Of a stretch of DNA of 64,000 bases, positions 1-13,159 are shown piece after piece. The first letter of the stretch is position 1; each line of letters starts with the position of its first letter. Under the pieces are notes generated by a model, which was given only the letters and a program-made list of their open reading frames with translations, ran no database searches and was not told the origin of the DNA. This DNA comes from Lama glama (Eukaryota), in NCBI GenBank assembly GCA_028534125.1, contig CM052816.1, positions 60,018,001 through 60,082,000 of the forward strand. Direction: 5' to 3'. Made by a program: the position numbers and the translations under genes.

Positions 1-161
1 AAATATTTCAGGCTTTGTGGGCCACATATGGCTTCTGTTGCATATTCTTTCTTGTGTTATTTTTACAACCCCTTAAGAATGTAAAAATCTTGGCTCACAT
101 GCTGTATTAAAACGGGTGGTGGACTGATTTGGCCTACAGGCCATAAGTTTGTTGGCCTCTG
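1..161 (+). mobile_element. MER58-family (MER58C-like) hAT-Charlie DNA transposon, cut by window start
   Basis: aaatatttcaggctttgtgggccac...tttacaacccc...gatttggcctacaggcc...gtttgttggcctctg resembles the recalled MER58C body and right terminus. Confidence 0.75.
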
Positions 162-1314
162 GACTAGAACAATTTTGCTGGCATCTTATTTGCATTTTAC
201 TTCACACCCTGTCCCATGAACCAGATAAAACTTAAAATGCTTTCAGGTTTTACACTAGTTTTTGTTTTTATTTGGGGAGGTGGTGATATTTGTTCAATAG
301 CAATCGTAGGACTTTTGATTCTTTTTTCATAGTTAATTCTCTTCTCAAAGGTTTTAAAAATAAATTTGAAATTTATAAATCTCTAAACTAAAAAAATTTA
401 CTGCCTAAAAGAGCTAAATAATTTGACCATATTTCTATGAAGAGTAAAAAAATGTCAAGCTAATCCCTTTGATTTAAAAATATCTTCTGTAGTCTAATTT
501 GCAAGGATTTTGCATGGTGTCCTTTATTTCTAAAAACTTTTGGATATAAAAGGAGAGAAATGGGGCTTCTGAGCTTCTTAAACTAAACTTTACTACTTGT
601 CAGCACTTTGAACTTAATCAGAGTCTTTCAGAGTCTCTCTGAAAAATCCATCAGCCCACATGAATAGCACACAGAGAACTCAAAATGAGTATGAAGAATT
701 CAGTTATTTCATCAACATTCACTTGTCTGACTATTTAGTCCTCATAACTCTTTTAGGGGTGAAAGATCATTTGCCATGTTGACTCAGAAAAAGCAAACAG
801 GAAATCAATACTATGTTAATAAATACAAGGGTCACCCCGGGTGAAAATAAGTCATTCTTCAAATGTTATTGGCCTTAATCTGTTATGGGAATTGCTCATC
901 TTATGACCTAGAGTTATAGGAAGTGTGGAGTTTCAGTAAGCCAGATGCTAAGATGACCTTCTTAATAATCTACTCCATATGCTAACTGTTTCACAAACCC
1001 ACTCATCTCTATAACCAGGTGGGTCAAATCTTTTTGGCATGGTGTTGATGAAAAACATATTCCATACGTTATGTATTACACACCTGGCATCTACACAACA
1101 GAGACAGGGTCCATCTTTCTCTTCCTTTCCCCCACCTTCCTTCAGAGAATTAAGGATTGACTAGAGCCAGAAGCTGGATACTGCATGTGCTTATTCAATT
1201 CCTGTGGGAGCATTTCTAAACCAACCCCCAGGTTACAGTCAGCCTCTGCCTACTGCTTTTTAAAACCATCTGTTTCTTCTTCATGGGCTTCAATGTCACC
1301 TTCTATTCTCTTTT

Positions 1315-1511
1315 TTCTTTTTTAATTTTTTGTTTCTTTTTTTTAATTGAAGTATAGTTGTTTACAATATTGTGTTAGTTTCAGGTGTACAGTTAAGTGA
1401 TTTGGTTATACATATATATGTACATACTTATATCCTTTTTTTTATTCTTTTCCATTATAGTTTAAGATACTGAATATAGTTCCCTATAGTGATATACAGT
1501 AAATCCTTGTC
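1315..1511 (-). mobile_element. 5'-truncated L1 3' end (cetartiodactyl type) with poly(A) tail and TSD
   Basis: T-rich tail then ttaattgaagtatagttgtttacaatattgtgttagtttcaggtgtacag...; direct repeat attctctttt at 1305-1314 and 1512-1521. Confidence 0.85.
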
Positions 1512-1832
1512 ATTCTCTTTTGCATCTTTGTACATTTCTTTAGTATTTTCCCCATCTCCCTTTAAATAAAATAATTACACTTCGGGACTTTTTCTGTGAT
1601 GTTTTAAACTTGAATCTCTCATGTAATCCTATCCAATGACAGCAACTTGATCCTATTTAAAAGAAATGTATAATCCATCCATAACCCATTACTTAAAAGA
1701 AAATGTATAATCCATATATAGTTTATCATCTATTGTTTTTCCCACTGCTGAATCCTTCTTCAGTTTTGGTTTTAGTTATTATAGTCTCTCCTCCAGAAAT
1801 TTCACTGTCCAGGCAAAATCAAAAACAAATAC

Positions 1833-2000
1833 CACGGTTCTCAAACTTTCATGTGTACAAGAATCAGAAGAACTAGTCAAAGATACAGATCACCAAGTCC
1901 CTTTCCCAGAGATTCTGATTCAACATGTCTGACACAGTGCCTGGTAATCTGAATCTTAGCAAGCTTCCCAAGTGACTCTGATGCAAGTGGTTCACTGGAC
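1833..2000. mobile_element. MER5A-like hAT DNA transposon
   Basis: ggttctcaaactt...cccagagattctgattc...aagcttcccaagtgactctgatgca motifs. Confidence 0.75.
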
Positions 2001-2139
2001 AGGTACACAGTTTAACAGGTTAGGACTCTTCGGGAAATTCTCTGAAAATCACTGAGTAAAAGCTGGTCTGAGTTTGCTTAATGATGCCACAAGAGAAAAG
2101 TAACATACTAATCATCAATTTGTAAAATTATAGGTCTTA

Positions 2140-2225
2140 TAGGTCAGGGTTCTCCAGAGAAACAGAATATATACGTATTTATATACGTGAGTGTGTGTAT
2201 ATATACACATATACACATATATATG
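2140..2225. repeat. MLT2-like LTR terminus fragment followed by (TA)/(TG)/(CA) microsatellite
   Basis: tcagggttctccagagaaacagaa then tatatacgtatttatatacgtgagtgtgtgtatatatacac. Confidence 0.5.
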
Positions 2226-2594
2226 TCACCCTCAGTGACTTTGGGATACAGTTGGATACAGTTAACTTCTTCATTTAAGAATCAAAGGCCTCAACTTCTT
2301 TAGTATCAGGCTCTATTTAATTGAATAACTTGATTATAAAGAAAAAGATACACTCTGGAAATGTGTGTGAGATTTTCTCATTATTTTAAATGTGTAGGTT
2401 GCAAGCTAAGAATTAAGGAGGCAGTTTTATGTTCCCTGATAGCTCAACATTTATTTATTTAATCACTTAACCTTTGTTAAGCTACCACTCTGCTCTAGGT
2501 TTGATGTGCTGGGCATATTAATGCAAGTAAGACAGTCTCTAATCTCAAGTAGGTCAAAATGAGACACAAATATACATACAGTACAAATCATCAT

Positions 2595-2815
2595 AATCAT
2601 TTACTAAGTAAGGGTCCACTATGTGGTAAGAACCACGTTGTATATTTTTTTTCATGCCTCACAAACCTGCTGAAGGGTAAATTAATTCCCCTTTACTTTG
2701 AGAACACTGGGTCTAAGAGTGGTTAAATAACTTGTCCAATGTCATAGCCAGTTTCTGAGCTATAAATCCACTATGCCTATTTGTGACTTCAAAATCCACA
2801 ACTTCACTCTACTAT
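2595..2815 (-). mobile_element. MIR SINE
   Basis: ccctttactttgagaacactgggtctaagagtggttaaataacttgtccaatgtcatagc resembles the antisense MIR core. Confidence 0.7.
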
Positions 2816-5800
2816 AGAATTACCGAACAATAGAAGCCCAATAATTGCCAATAACTGCCATGCCACAGTCACCATGGCGTGAAGAGAGAAACATGAGAAT
2901 GACTGATTTGGAGAACATGACACTGAAACCCAAGTGGCCATGACTCTGGTCCAAGTGAGCAAAATTTCATCACACTGAAATGATAAGAAAGGATATTCTA
3001 AATAAACGTATCCAAAAAATAGTTATGGTAAAATGAAAGTGCCCATTTTTAAGTATCACGGGGGAGACTGTGCTAGCAGAATGCAGGGATGTAAAGAAGA
3101 AAAATTCGGAGATGATGCTCAGGATGTAGAGTCCTAAACACTGACTTCTTCCTGCAGGTATGGGGTGTTTTAAATGAAGAGTTTGCCAAGACCAGGTGGA
3201 TGGCCCTCCTGTCACACTGATATCATGATCTGAACAGCAGGAATTCAACGGTAGTTATTATTCCAACTGAGTTAATAACGTTTTTCCATTCAATCAGTGT
3301 TTTACAAGGGAATAGAAAGCTCTTCATTTCAAAAAATATAACAACATTAGAATCAACCTGTTCATTAGTAACATAATACTTCAAATTTTAAAAACATCAG
3401 ATTATCATAAAATGTTAAGAAAAAATACTAGTTTCAATGTAGGAAAATCTATCAAAACCAAAAGGAATTTATATTTACATAAGAAAGTGTTTTTTTTTCT
3501 TTTAGGATTCTAATAATGAAAACACTTTTATAGCGTAAGTATTTTTTGCTATTGTAAGCTAAAAATAAGTTGCGTGAACAAAGTAAGTGCTTCTTTGTTA
3601 GCCTCTCAGTCCTCACACTCTGAGGACTCCTCATCTCCCCTGTCATCTTTGCTCTCAGCAATGCTGCCGGCAATTCTATCACAAACACCAACAAGAAGAA
3701 AAACAAAGGCCAGCTATTCAAACAAAGCACTTCAGCTTTTTCTGGTGAGCTTGAATTGATTGGGGGGGTGCTAGTTACAAATTCCAAAAACATTCCAAAC
3801 AAGGGATTCACACCATTCAATTTGTGTCCCTTAATTAATTGATATTATACTTGATTAGCAGTTTAATAACTTGCATTTTGGAAAGCTCTAAGGGAAATGC
3901 CTGTGTAACACATTATAAAATGTTTCTAAAGCGAACTTTAAAGTAACTATCTGTATTCAATTCAAAAACTGACTTACTTCTCTTTAATCTCTAGGTCTTT
4001 AAGGTGAGAAACCATTAGCTCTTTTCCACCATTTATTTAAATGCATTTTAAAACACCCAGACTTTTGGAGGGCAGAGTTCTACAGAACTCATTTATATGT
4101 ACATCTTTCGTCCTCAACTTCCTTCATAACTATGATTGTAAAAATCTACCAAATGATTGTTATGTTTCTTTAATTATCAGAAGCAGCACGGATTTTTTGA
4201 TATTTCCTTTTAAAAGATGATTTCATAAATCAAAACTCTGATTTCTTAAGTCAATGCCAAATTAAACTGGGTTCCAAGGACCTTCAAAGGAAACTTGTGG
4301 AATTTTCTTTTGCTGTTAAAAGGAGCCTATGTGGTTTCCAAGCTTGAGAAAGTTTTCCAAAGGTGGTATCTAGCTAGTTTAACAAACCAAATGGCCTTGT
4401 TGCTTGGGGAACAATAAAGTGGGAAATGTATGCTTTGTGCAGATATTCCAAATTTTCTTGGTATTTACATGTACATTCTAATAATGAAACTTCTGCAAGA
4501 TAGATTCTGGAGTAGGATATCCCAACATCAACACAAACAACTATTATCAAAGCCTACACAGTTTTAGGAAGCACTGCCCACTGAAGAAGTTAGTCCACAT
4601 CAGAGCATTAATAGTCTAAAAACTTAAAAGAAAATTCTATTACAAGTCAAAAATCAGAATGACAATCTCCAAGATATGGTACAATGTCCTTCACTTGCCC
4701 AGGAATTTTGCCGTATCAAATAGTGATACACATAACATAGCGGTTACCTAGGGTTGAGAGGTGCACTGATTTTGTCTAGCATGGCATCAGACATCATCAG
4801 GTATTAGTGAGTAAATGGCATGTATGTGCACCCACAGATACATACATGGAGCTACAGGCTGAGAAAATGGGTGACAGAAAACAAGTAGATAGAGCTCTAT
4901 TTGGACGTGCAAATTGAATCAGTAAAAGTTACTTGCTCAACTGGAATTTTTTCCCCATAGAATGTTACAGGACATTGCCACTCTATGGGCTTCTTTTCCG
5001 AAAGAACTAAGTTCTGTTCAAATCTTGGTTGTGTGTGTTTCTTCTTCTCTCTAGCATAGAGTGAACTTACTACATAATTATCACAACTTCGTGGGCCTCT
5101 CAAATTTGTGTGTGTATGAGATTCTGTTCATGTGCACATTTTCTTTCTTCCAAAGTATTAAGAGATGCAGTTTGGTCTCGAAAACCTGAATAAATTCTTG
5201 GATTAAGTCAGTCAGATCAAATTGCCAGTTCCAAATGTTGGCTAGAGCACGAGAACAAACACATTTGTGCTTGTGGAAAGTGTTCCAGGGGTTACTGGTC
5301 ATACACACTTTGGGTGTTGGCTTGGTTCTTCATATAGCACCTTGAGATAGGTCCATATTTCTTAGAGGGGAAAAGTCCTCTTCAAAACCATCTATTCTTG
5401 AAAAAGTTAAGAGTTTCATTTATATTCTGAAAATGAGTGAATCAGTGATGAGGATAAACAGATGAATGGATATATTCTCTCTCCTCTAAGTGTTAAAATC
5501 TACTGGAAGAGACAGATACATAAACAGAACATTATAGAGCTATATACTAAGCGCTATAAGGATACGTGAATACAGTGATGTGGAACCCAGAGGAGGGAAG
5601 GATTTGTGAGTGTGTGTCTATGTATGTGTTGTTGTTTTTCCCCATTACTGGCATCTCTTTCAAGAAGCCTCATGAGTCGGCAGCCAAACAAAGAAGTTCT
5701 GAATATGCATCTGGAATTATCATGCGGGGATGAGGGCTTCACTGTATTGGGACTGAATAAGGTGCTGATTATGTAAGTATCATTACCTGCCTGTGTTGAG

Positions 5801-7232
5801 CTTTGACTATTTCTAGCACATTGCTAAGAATGAAGGCTTCTCATCGGTGGTGCCAAGGAAACTGTTGGAGGTTGCCAGTCATTTTAGAGAAATGCCACAG
5901 AACACTGCATGCCAGATGGCTACTGATGAAAGTGATGAAGGTTCACGCTTGGAAATGAAGTCCAACTCCATATTTGGTCCTTCTTTCCTTCTTTCTCTTT
6001 TGAATGCACAAGAGAGCACAAGCTCAGCCTTATTCTCCTCTTGCCACACAAAATCCCCATTATCCTTTCTTCTTTTAATAAGGTCCTGGAGTGATGGAGT
6101 CAAGTTAAATCCGCTTTAGTCCCAAAGCCTCAGAGGCCCCCAAATCCTGTCTCTTGCTCAGCCAGCCTTTTCTCTTTCACCTCTTCTTATTCATGACTGC
6201 CAGAAATGACTGTCAATGGAACCCACTCAGGATTGGTCTGCCAGAGACTAAAGTTCTTGTGAGGTAAGATTTTCCCATCTCAACACCTCATGGAAGGAGA
6301 AAAAAAGAAATGCCCCACAGGAAAGGTTTTCTAATGGTTCTGTTTTGGGGGAGAGGTTCACCTTGTCTCTACTGAGAACATTCCCCATGACCACAACCCC
6401 GGCCACCCTGTCTTCTTCTGACCAGTGCATAATATTAGGGGTAACTGCGTCCTACTAACTCCCAAGTCCCAAATGGAGGGGCTTCTCCAGGATAACAATT
6501 CTGGTCTATGTTCCCACTTTTTCTCTTTCTACCCAAGGAGAGGGAAGTGGAAATGAGAAAAATAAACCGAGTCTGCTTTTCCCACCATAGTCCAAGCTGG
6601 GAGCCAAGTCACCACTGTTCCTCCCCAGCAGGGCTTAGGTGGGTGAGTCCGCTGGGTCTGGGCTCAGTATCAGTAGGCCCTCTTGCCTAGAGTCATGCAA
6701 CCACCATCCAAACTGCAGTTTTACCATAGTAAAGTTGACATTTTGGCTATCTGTTCTTAGGTCCTCTCAAAGACCTTCTGCAGGTGAGAAGTAGTGATAT
6801 AAATTCTAAAAATATAGGCTTCACTCTCTCTGAGTAGATTTTTAATGGATAAAAGCAAATGTCGCTTTCTGTTCTCTGGCCTTGAATTAAAAGAGGCCTC
6901 ACCAGGAGAAAGAGAAATGGCAGGATATTTCTCAATTCATCTTGAGTGCTGTAAGAAAGCCCTCAGATGGGGCAGAACAAGTAAGGGAAACTTGACTTTC
7001 TGATGCCTTACTTGATTCCTGTTCTTTTGGGTAGGTCAAAAAAAAAAAATTCTGACATTCAGATATTCAGGTACATAACTTCTTTGGTTCTCCCTCTTCC
7101 TCCTACCTACCATGTCCTCATAAATGCATCTCCATAAGTCCTTCTTAAAGCTTTCTAAGAAGTGTCCTCTGGTCTCTGACAGCCAGAGTGATGTCTCCTC
7201 TAGTTTTCCACTGTGCTTGCTCTATTGGCATT

Positions 7233-7268
7233 TGGATGGATGAATGAATGAATGAATGAATGAATGAA
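7233..7268 (+). repeat. (TGGA)/(TGAA)n microsatellite, probably an L2 tail
   Basis: tggatggatgaatgaatgaatgaatgaatgaataat. Confidence 0.75.
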
Positions 7269-8324
7269 TAATTTTTTAAAAATGGACTATCCCTTGCTTG
7301 CCCATCTGTCTAAGAGAAATGGATCCTTCCGTGATCTTCTCTAGGGTTACTTCTCCACTGCCACTTTGAGCCACAGTGAAATGCCTTGGGGAGAGCAGAA
7401 GCCCAGAAGCTATTCATCCAGTAGCCTAATAAAAAGTGTGAAGATCAGAGCAGCTCAGAACATGAAACTTGATTTCCATCCCACTAGACTTTGCTTTGCA
7501 TTGCCTTAGACTTTGGGGTCAGCATAAGGTCTGTAACATTTAGGCTTGAAGTTTTTTCCTTTGGGCCAGAGAGCTGGACCGCCCAGCCTGAGACCAGGTC
7601 TCCACCAGCACAGGATGGTGAGGCTGAGGGCAGTGTTCCAGGCAGTTTGGAGGAACAGAGACTAAGCTTGGCTAGAAAAGACCTGAGAAAAGCAATTTTG
7701 ATGCCTGGATAATCGCCCCCGTTGCTTGCAAAGCATGCCAGTGGAAACCTGTCCCAGGGGTTCCAAGCTTAGAAAGTAAAGTGATTGAAGCTCAATCCAG
7801 AATGAGGGTTAGTGAGACAATTAAGCAGGGGAGCTAGTGGGGCCTTTGCCTGGAGCAACTTCTGTTCCATCAATTGGGAGAATTTACTTGCCCTCAAAGG
7901 AAGGTTATTTCAGCACCTGGCACCAGAATTCTCAATATATGAGCTATGTAGTCTCCTTTGATCTGCACTTACTAGTTCCTGGATTATCAGGCAGTAACCA
8001 AGACAAGAAACATGTTCTCCAGCTGCACTTGGCCCTTGGGCTGTGATCAGCTCTGAGGGCTGCAGTTCCCATAGAGTTTGTCTACTTGGTATATAGGTTT
8101 ACCTATCAAGGCTCTTTTCCAAAAACTCAGATGAACAGAATTCATTCACTGCTAAGGTCAGCTTATAGCTATACTTATGCTATAGGTTACTTTCAGCTCC
8201 ACACATTTTCATTTCTCAGCTCTACAATGATGGCTTCAGAGATAGGACACCACCCACAGAGATTCAGGTACTGTTTTGTTTTGTTTTGTTTTGTGGTAGA
8301 GTGACTGTGTTCACTCAGTGCTGC

Positions 8325-8480
8325 ATTCAAATCTCAGTTGTGTGACTCAAAAAAGTAATAACTGACTTCTCAATTTTCTTACCCAAAAAAAAGGAAATAG
8401 CAAGACATAATCTCGTAGATTTGTTACGAGGACCAAATGAAACATCTTACATCAAGGACCAAAACAGTTTAGTAATTACA
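8325..8480 (+). mobile_element. MIR SINE fragment
   Basis: ttcaaatctcag...tgtgac...caattttcttaccc...atctcgtagatttgttacgaggaccaaatga. Confidence 0.55.
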
Positions 8481-8556
8481 GAATAAGTGATCACTCTCTT
8501 CCTTAACCCAGTCACATACAGGCTTTGGAGAGCTATTCTATACTGGTGGTCCCATT

Positions 8557-8737
8557 CCAGTGGTGTGCTCATGAGAGTCAGCTGTCAAAATTTTAGGAAT
8601 TTTGTGAGCCAGCTAACATCATGCTGGGAGCTCGAAAATGGCCATGGGAGCACTCACATCACAGAAATCAGCAGACACTGTAAATAAGGCCCTCCACCCA
8701 CTCACCCACAGATTTGATTTATCAGCATACTACCAGT
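8557..8737 (+). mobile_element. MER63A-like hAT-Blackjack DNA transposon
   Basis: Left end ccagtggtgtgct; internal aaattttaggaattttgtgagccag and ggccatgggag...acagaaatcagca; right end cagcatactacca. Confidence 0.75.
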
Positions 8738-8867
8738 GCCACTCAAGGTGTCATCCTGCTACACAACAAGGTCACCTGCAACCTTTCAGAAGTGCAGATT
8801 AACCAATCACATCACAAATTCTGGGGGTGGGGCCCAGGAATCCATGTTTTCACAAACCCTCTTAGTG

Positions 8868-9640
8868 AGAGGTGTGCCTGGCACGTTCAAAGATCAGCAG
8901 AGAAATAAATCAGTGTGGCTGGAATGAAGTGAGGGAGAGGGAGAGCAATAAGAGGAGATGGGGTGGTGGGGGAAGCAAGTTGCAGGGAATATTACAGACC
9001 ACAGTAAGGATTTTGACTTGTGTTCCAAAGGATAAAGAAACTACTGAAAGGCTTTGAGCAGATTTAAGGACATTTAAAAGGATTCCTGTGACTGTTGTGT
9101 TAGGAATAGACAGTAAGAATAAGGGTGGTAAGGGAAGACAGTGGTTTGAACCAGGGTGATAGAGATGTATGTGTAAGAAGTGGCTGGCTTCCAGATATAT
9201 TTAGGAGATAGAGCCAAGAGCATTTGTTGTTGATGGTTTAGATGTAGAGAGTGACAAAGAGGAGACAAGGAGGACTCAAAAGTTCTTTAGCCTGAGCGAG
9301 TGGAAAGATGGATTTTTACTAAGATACAGAAAGAATGGGCTGATGGAAGGTAAAATGTTAGTGATCAGGAGCTCAGTCCATTTTGGACATGATGAATTTA
9401 GGAAGTCTACTAGGCATCACGAGGAAGTATCAAGGAGATCATTAAAAATGAGTTTGGAGTTCGGGGGAAGAGGTTGAGCTAAGGATTTACCTTTGGAAGT
9501 CATCACCTTCCAGGTAGTATTTGATAAGGTGGGATGACACAGTGAATGCAGTTAGAGAAAAGTGGGACTTGACTGTGGAAGGTGAAGAGGTCTGGCAGAT
9601 GCAGAGGAACCAGCAAAGGACACAGAGAAGGAGCCATCGA
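8868..9640 (-). mobile_element. L2 LINE fragment
   Basis: gtgtggctggaatgaagtgagggag...gtaaggattttgac...tatatttaggagatagagcc...ttttggacatgatgaattt...gagtttggagttcggggaagagg. Confidence 0.85.
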
Positions 9641-10929
9641 TGACATTAGTTGGATACAAATTATGGAAGCACTCAGAGTGCTGAAATAATTCATTGCAAC
9701 CAGCTATACAACTTTAGTAAGAGTTTCCCAAGGCCTCTTATTTGTCCTTTCTTAACCATCAATGTATAAGACAGTCTTCATCCATGGCCTTCTAAGTTAA
9801 GATACTGGACTCTGAAGGCAGTGTGAGCTACATGTGAAGGGTGACCCACTAAGCCAATCTCCTCTTTCTTCACCCACTACCATTGTGAGGGACTCGCTTC
9901 TCCCTAGGCAGAAGAGTTGTTACCACAAGCTAATCAGAGCCAGTAGGAGGCTCAGCAGACCAGTCTGAAACCACATCTGTGTTTGTGAATGTTTTTGCTT
10001 TATCAAAAGGAACATGTAATTATCTTAAAAATATAATTTTCCATCTTTAACCTAAGCTGGAACAGTCAAACCTCCTTAAACCCAGAGTGCTTTTACAAGG
10101 ACAGTTTATTCAGTTAGCTTTTTAAGCTTTTAAAAGTCTCTGACTCATTTGAACAAGTGGGAAAAAAAGACAAAACATCAGTATCTCGCTGGAAAAATAC
10201 TGTGATTATTGGCACTGAAACGAAAATAACGCTGAGATAAGGGCACTGTGTTCCCCAAATCAAATGTACACCTCATCTTTCTCTTAAGAGATCTTCCTGC
10301 ACTGGGGACTTCATAAGCCATGAATGTTTACAACCTACATGATGTGGCCTTGGACAAGTTCGTCTCTCTGAACACTAGTTCCCTTCTGGGTAAAAAGGGG
10401 AAAATAGTATCTATATAATAATATATGCATGGGGAGCAACCAACACAATGCCTGATACTCAGTAACTCCCTTTCCACTGACCTTAAAACAAACATGACCA
10501 TACACAGCTGGAGCAACCATTCCATACGTGAAAAAACTTATGCTGCTATCTGCCCATCCCATGCCTACGTGAGGCCCTCTCCAATCTCTAGAGCAATACA
10601 ACGTATACGTGGGGTCGTTTTTGTCAAAGAGGGACACTTTGACTTTGTTGTTTATTTTAAGAGAGTATTAGGACATAGCCTCTTCAAAACAACTATGAAC
10701 AAAATGTGAAATGGCTTTTTAAAAACTTACAAAGGGATGTGCAAAGCAGATATCACTGATCTGCTTCATCAATGACCTTTGCTTCCAGTGAAGCCCTTCT
10801 TCAAGAGATGGGGTAGGGATATCTAGTTCCCATATTGTTTGAGTTTTTCTGAACTAAAAAGTTGGTGCTTATTTTTGTAACCTAGTTGAAACACATGGCT
10901 CAAAAGGCACCCTGCTACAGACATATGCT

Positions 10930-11185
10930 ACTGTACCATTATACATTTATCCAGACCTATAGGATGTACAACACCAAGAGTGAAGCCTAATGTAAACTAT
11001 GGATTTGGGGTGATAATGATGTGTCAGTGTTCATCAGTTGTGACAAATGTACCACCCTGGTGGGGAGTGCTGATACCAGGGGAGACTATGCATGTGTGGG
11101 GCACATGGGAAACCTCTGTAACTTCCTCTTAATTTTGTTGTGAACCCAAAGCTGCTCTAAAAAAATGAAATCTATTTTAAAAATT
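10930..11185 (+). mobile_element. L1MC1/2-like 3'UTR end
   Basis: acaacaccaagagtgaagcctaatgtaaactatgga...aaatgtaccaccctggtgggg...ttttgttgtgaacccaaagctgctctaaaaaa. Confidence 0.85.
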
Positions 11186-11679
11186 GAAAAGCAAAACTAA
11201 ATTTTATTTAGTAAACAAATTTTTAAAAAGTCATGGTGAAGTAGCACGTACCTGTCTTTGTGGTAAGATCAGAAACCTCAGTGATAACCAAGAAAAGAGT
11301 TCTCAAATACAGATTCAAGTTCACTTAAGAAGTCTTGCTCATAGTAGAAAACCATGGAATGGCCTCTTCAGGGATAAGGGTCTGAGCCCGAGCTGGCTGA
11401 GCCTCCCATCCACAGATAGGACTTGGTAAATAATCACTTCAAATGCAGTTTCCCAAAGTAGTTATTTCCCCCATATATGAGATCCCCAAGGGAAACCTTT
11501 CATCTTACTTCACTCCAGATCCTTCTAGAAACATTGTTAAAAGTGAAAAAAAAAAATCAGAGCAAACAACAAGCAATAGGGCAACTATAGCCACTGTCTT
11601 TCAGGGGAATATATCCAAGGCAACCCAGATTTTACCAGCTCTGAATACAGTTCAGAGGAGTTGTTTCTTGACTGCTCTT

Positions 11680-12360
11680 TCTTGAAGCTCTCCTAACTTA
11701 ACTTCTGTGACTGGTGTTCTCCTGGGCTTTCTCCTGCTTTCCTGGCAGGTCCTTCTTTGTTTCCCCAGTGAGGTTCTCTGCCTCCACCTACCTCTGAAAT
11801 GTGGGGGCATTTTTCCCATGCTTCACATGCTCACTGTCATGTTCCCCCTCCCAGACATGGAGCCACCTGAGTTACTCTGTGCTGGAGGTTCGGGAGATGG
11901 CGATGGACCCATGAAAAGGGAAGACCTGGTTTGGAAACTTGTACTGAAGGGTAGCAGAGTTGAATGGTGGAGCCTTGCCTGAACTGTAAGTGCAGAGAAA
12001 ATTAAGAGCTAATTCTTTCTGCTGCGCTGACTTCAGTTACTTTTTTAATGCTGAGGGGTTTCCCAAATCTTTATCTCTAACGTAATATTTCTTATAAGCT
12101 TCACAACCTTCTATCTCCACCTAGATATCTCACAAGAAATTCAAACTAAAAATGTCTAAAATCACAGTATTCATCTTCCCTTCCAACCTACTTCTCATTC
12201 CATTTTCTACACTTTTTGTGGAGCCACCATCTACCTAGCTATCCAAACTAGAAACCTACTTGCAATCTCTCTCACTCCCATTCCCCAAATCCAATCAGAA
12301 ATCTTTTAAGTTCACATTCCAAATAATTTGCACATCCATCACAACTTTCCACCATTAGTC
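11680..12360 (+). mobile_element. Fragmented L2 LINE
   Basis: tcccaaatctttatctcta...ctccacctagatatctcac...tcaaactaaaaatgtctaaaatc...accatctacctag...aaactagaaacct. Confidence 0.6.
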
Positions 12361-13159
12361 AAAGCATCAAGGAGTTCTAGAAGCTGCCCTGATCTGGCCC
12401 CGGGAGCCCTAGTGATTAAATCCAGGATCCACTAGTGTCTTGCAAATAGAGCTCAAGAGACATCACTCTTCCAGCCATTTTTTCCTGCCAGTAATCAGTT
12501 TTTACCCCTGTAGTAAAGTACCAGGCATTTTTCATTTTCCTTGGCATTTTATATTCTTCTAACCCTCCCAGTTTCTCTTTTGGCATGTAAACAACTCCTA
12601 AGAATTGGTCTTAAGAGTCTTAAGAGTTGATTATAATCAGAATTCAGGTCTCTGCTAGGCCAGTGCCATCATGGTCTGCTAGCAACGGTGAGGGGCTGAG
12701 TCAGAATGATACCGCAGCCTCACGACCACCACGAGTTGCAATGTGAGCTTTCCAATGCCAAGGGCGGACATGGTCCTCCGTGCCCTGGGAGGACACCATC
12801 ACAGAATAGATATGCATATAAACAAGGGCACGTGCTGAAAAATGGTATTAGGCATTTCTTAATTCTATGAAGAATCTAGAAGTCCAGTTATAAAAAGAAA
12901 TAAAAAGATTATGCAGTTTGGGGATAAGCAAATGTTGGGAGAAAAGAAGAACACAGCACAGGTCTCCACCCCAATCAGTAGAAAGAAAATCAACAAAGGA
13001 TTGTCAATTCTCATGAAGTTAGGACATCATTTCATGGTATTGTCCGTCTGGCTAGTCGGTAGGGACAGAGAGACAGAGCTGCAAATAACAAAACCATGAT
13101 TGTTTTTTCAGCAAATCTACAGCACGGAGGGAGGTGAAAACAAGGAGACAAGCACTTAC

